A stretch of DNA of 63,903 bases, the filler included, from Octopus bimaculoides (lineage: Eukaryota), in NCBI RefSeq assembly GCF_001194135.2. It is 6 parts of 5 records of this genome, joined end to end, with 100 filler letters (N's around TTAATTAATTAA, not from the genome) between each part and the next. Parts side by side here need not be neighbours in the genome. Positions count along the whole stretch, not along the records: positions 55,356 to 62,348 come from NC_068982.1; positions 62,449 to 63,903 come from NC_068982.1; 4 more parts are not named here. One strand, 5' to 3'. The notes beneath the pieces were generated by a model, which was given only the letters and a program-made list of their open reading frames with translations, was not told where the DNA came from and did not search any database. Made by a program: the position numbers and the translations under genes. The stretch's first letter is position 1. Each line of letters starts with the position of its first letter. This document shows positions 62,041-63,903 of the stretch, piece after piece.

Positions 62041-62302
62041 GTAAGTTAATTTCTTTTAAAATATTAAAATATTCTTTTACGGCATGAATTTTCAGTCAAG
62101 TTGTCAGTTTTTGTTATAATTTTTCATTCCTATAAAATTGTGTTGTTTCCTAATACAGAGAACGAAATTGAAAAAGAAAAACTCAATTTAGTATATGAAC
62201 ATCAAAGTGTATGCGTGTGGTTGTGTGTATGAGTGAATGGGTGTGTGTATGCGAGTGTCTGTTTATATATACACATCTATATATATACGTATATGTATAT
62301 AC

Positions 62303-62348
<46 letters not shown>

Positions 62349-62448
62349 NNNNNNNNNNNNNNNNNNNNNNNNNNNNNNNNNNNNNNNNNNNNTTAATTAA
62401 TTAANNNNNNNNNNNNNNNNNNNNNNNNNNNNNNNNNNNNNNNNNNNN
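62349..62448. other. Artificial scaffold-join spacer
   Basis: Identical 44N-TTAATTAATTAA-44N structure. Confidence 0.95.
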
Positions 62449-62756
62449 ATTGCATATATATGAAAAGCAGTGAAGTAAAGCCGGTGGCGTACTTTTGATT
62501 AGAATGGATCCCAGCTTGCCAGGAAGTGAATCACGCACGGTGGTCTCGAAGACATCTGCGGCACATGTGAAATGTGACACGCAGGTTCAGGCGACGAAAC
62601 TGCAACGGACTGATAGATATGTAGATAGATAAATAGATAGATAGATAGGTAGGCAGGTAGGTAGGTAGGTAGGTAGGTAGGTAGGTAGGTAGATAGACAG
62701 AAATTTAAACAGGAAGACAGAGAGACAGATAGACACACAAACAGACAAATACACTT

Positions 62757-62878
62757 TTATTATTCTTTTACAAGAATGTTTTTGATAGTGACTTCGGAGT
62801 TTCGGCCAGCTAAGCCATTGCCGGACCTGCCGAAGCTTCGAAGTCACTGTCAACAACATTCTTATATAAGAATAATAA
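62757..62878. repeat. 50-bp-arm inverted repeat with 22-nt loop
   Basis: 62757-62806 versus the reverse complement of 62829-62878: 44/50 identical. Three of the six differences become G.U pairs on the + strand. Confidence 0.85.
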
Positions 62879-63288
62879 ATTTGTACTCTACAAAAGTATA
62901 GAGTAACCCATCAGATTAATGTAAAATTGACCACAAAAACAAGCATTAATATAGATAGATAGATAGATAGATAGATAGACAGACAGAGGAGGAGGGAGAG
63001 AAAGAGAGAGAAAGAGAGTGAGAAAAAGGGAGAGACCAAGTAGACTAACAAGCTTCGTCCATAATCTAAGCTCATTTCCTTATGGGAAGAAAAACATTTG
63101 ATTACGTTCATTCTGTTTCATGATACATCATTGTAAATTGTCCCTCTAATTTGTTAACCAGCTGTGAGATGCATATTAATTACCTTAGATGTATCAACGC
63201 AGATGTTACTGTCAGCGTTTTGCTGCGCCATCGCATGTTTTCTTGGGCAAGTGTCTTCTATAGCCCCAGGTCAACCAAAGTCTTGTGA

Positions 63289-63409
63289 TTGTTTTACTTT
63301 TAGAATGACATTCTAGGGTAGGTGTGAGAGGTCGGATCTGGTCAGATTGAGCATAAAACATGTAGAATATTTGGGCCAGATATAGATCGTTTGAATGCTA
63401 AGGAGTTAA
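63289..63409 (-). mobile_element. Partial copy of the same TTAA MITE
   Basis: tagggtaggtgtgagaggtcggatctgg...agaatatttgggccagatat...aatgctaaggagttaa. Another degenerate piece lies at 24170-24260. Confidence 0.7.
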
Positions 63410-63903
63410 GATAATAATGAAGCTATTCAGAGCCGGTGCTTAAATTACGATGAGTGAGCGTCAGCAAGATGTCTCTAGGATTGGAAATTAATTCATGATA
63501 AACAAACATTTCCTTAAAACCATATGAGCTATGAAGCCAAAAAGGGTAATTCTATTCGCTTACTAGAAATAACAACTAAATCTTCTTCAAAATAACACTA
63601 TACTGTTAAAAAAAAAAAGAACATATTGGGGAATCTTATCCTTGTAAAACAGTCTGAAGAATGAAATGGGATGTTCACAGCTGGAACGTCTTAAATCAGT
63701 TGCGTAGCGATGGTGGGATTTGAGGGGACCCGTCTGTTCTGGGCGACGCTTTTATGCGGGCGGCACTTATGGGTTTGCTGTATAAGTCTATATAAGGATA
63801 GAGCGGGTGCAGAACTCAAAGGTTGCCGCGGGTGGCGCACACACAAGTTGCGTGACTGTCTTAAATCACGACTCTGTTTGATCAGGACTTTTTAATTTTT
63901 TTC

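Noticed and set aside
62041-63903. Search for the GPCR TM7 exon (WLGYxNSxxNPxxY)
   Set aside because: Not encoded in any frame of the resolved sequence; it is presumably beyond the window.

Overview
This is eukaryotic genomic DNA, very rich in microsatellites and repeats and heavily gapped. The SINE, MITE and LINE content points to an octopus/coleoid cephalopod, which is an inference. Two protein-coding genes are supported, both on the + strand. (1) The 3' part of a calsyntenin (alcadein) gene: 12 visible GT-AG exons at 14403-27550, with one exon and part of another lost in gaps. They run from the end of cadherin repeat 2 through the LamG/LNS domain, the TM helix and the two W-acidic kinesin-light-chain motifs. 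(2) The first coding exon (TM1-TM6) of an alpha1-adrenergic-type GPCR at 61017-62040, ending at the same TM6 intron position as vertebrate ADRA1 genes. The rest is tRNA-derived SINEs, decayed non-LTR retrotransposons (R4/Dong-like, L1/Tx1-like, RTE-like), MITEs and simple repeats. The least expected signal is four type I hammerhead-ribozyme motifs in three unrelated repeat contexts. One looks intact (33843-33916, - strand), two form a degenerate inverted pair inside a 705-bp palindrome (2206-2910), and one degenerate copy sits directly behind the (TAA)n tail of an R4-like LINE (55668-55713). There are also several long fold-back structures. Five identical 100-bp spacers (44N-TTAATTAATTAA-44N) are artificial scaffold joins, so adjacency across them is not proven. 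All alignments and folds were done by eye, and no database search was run.
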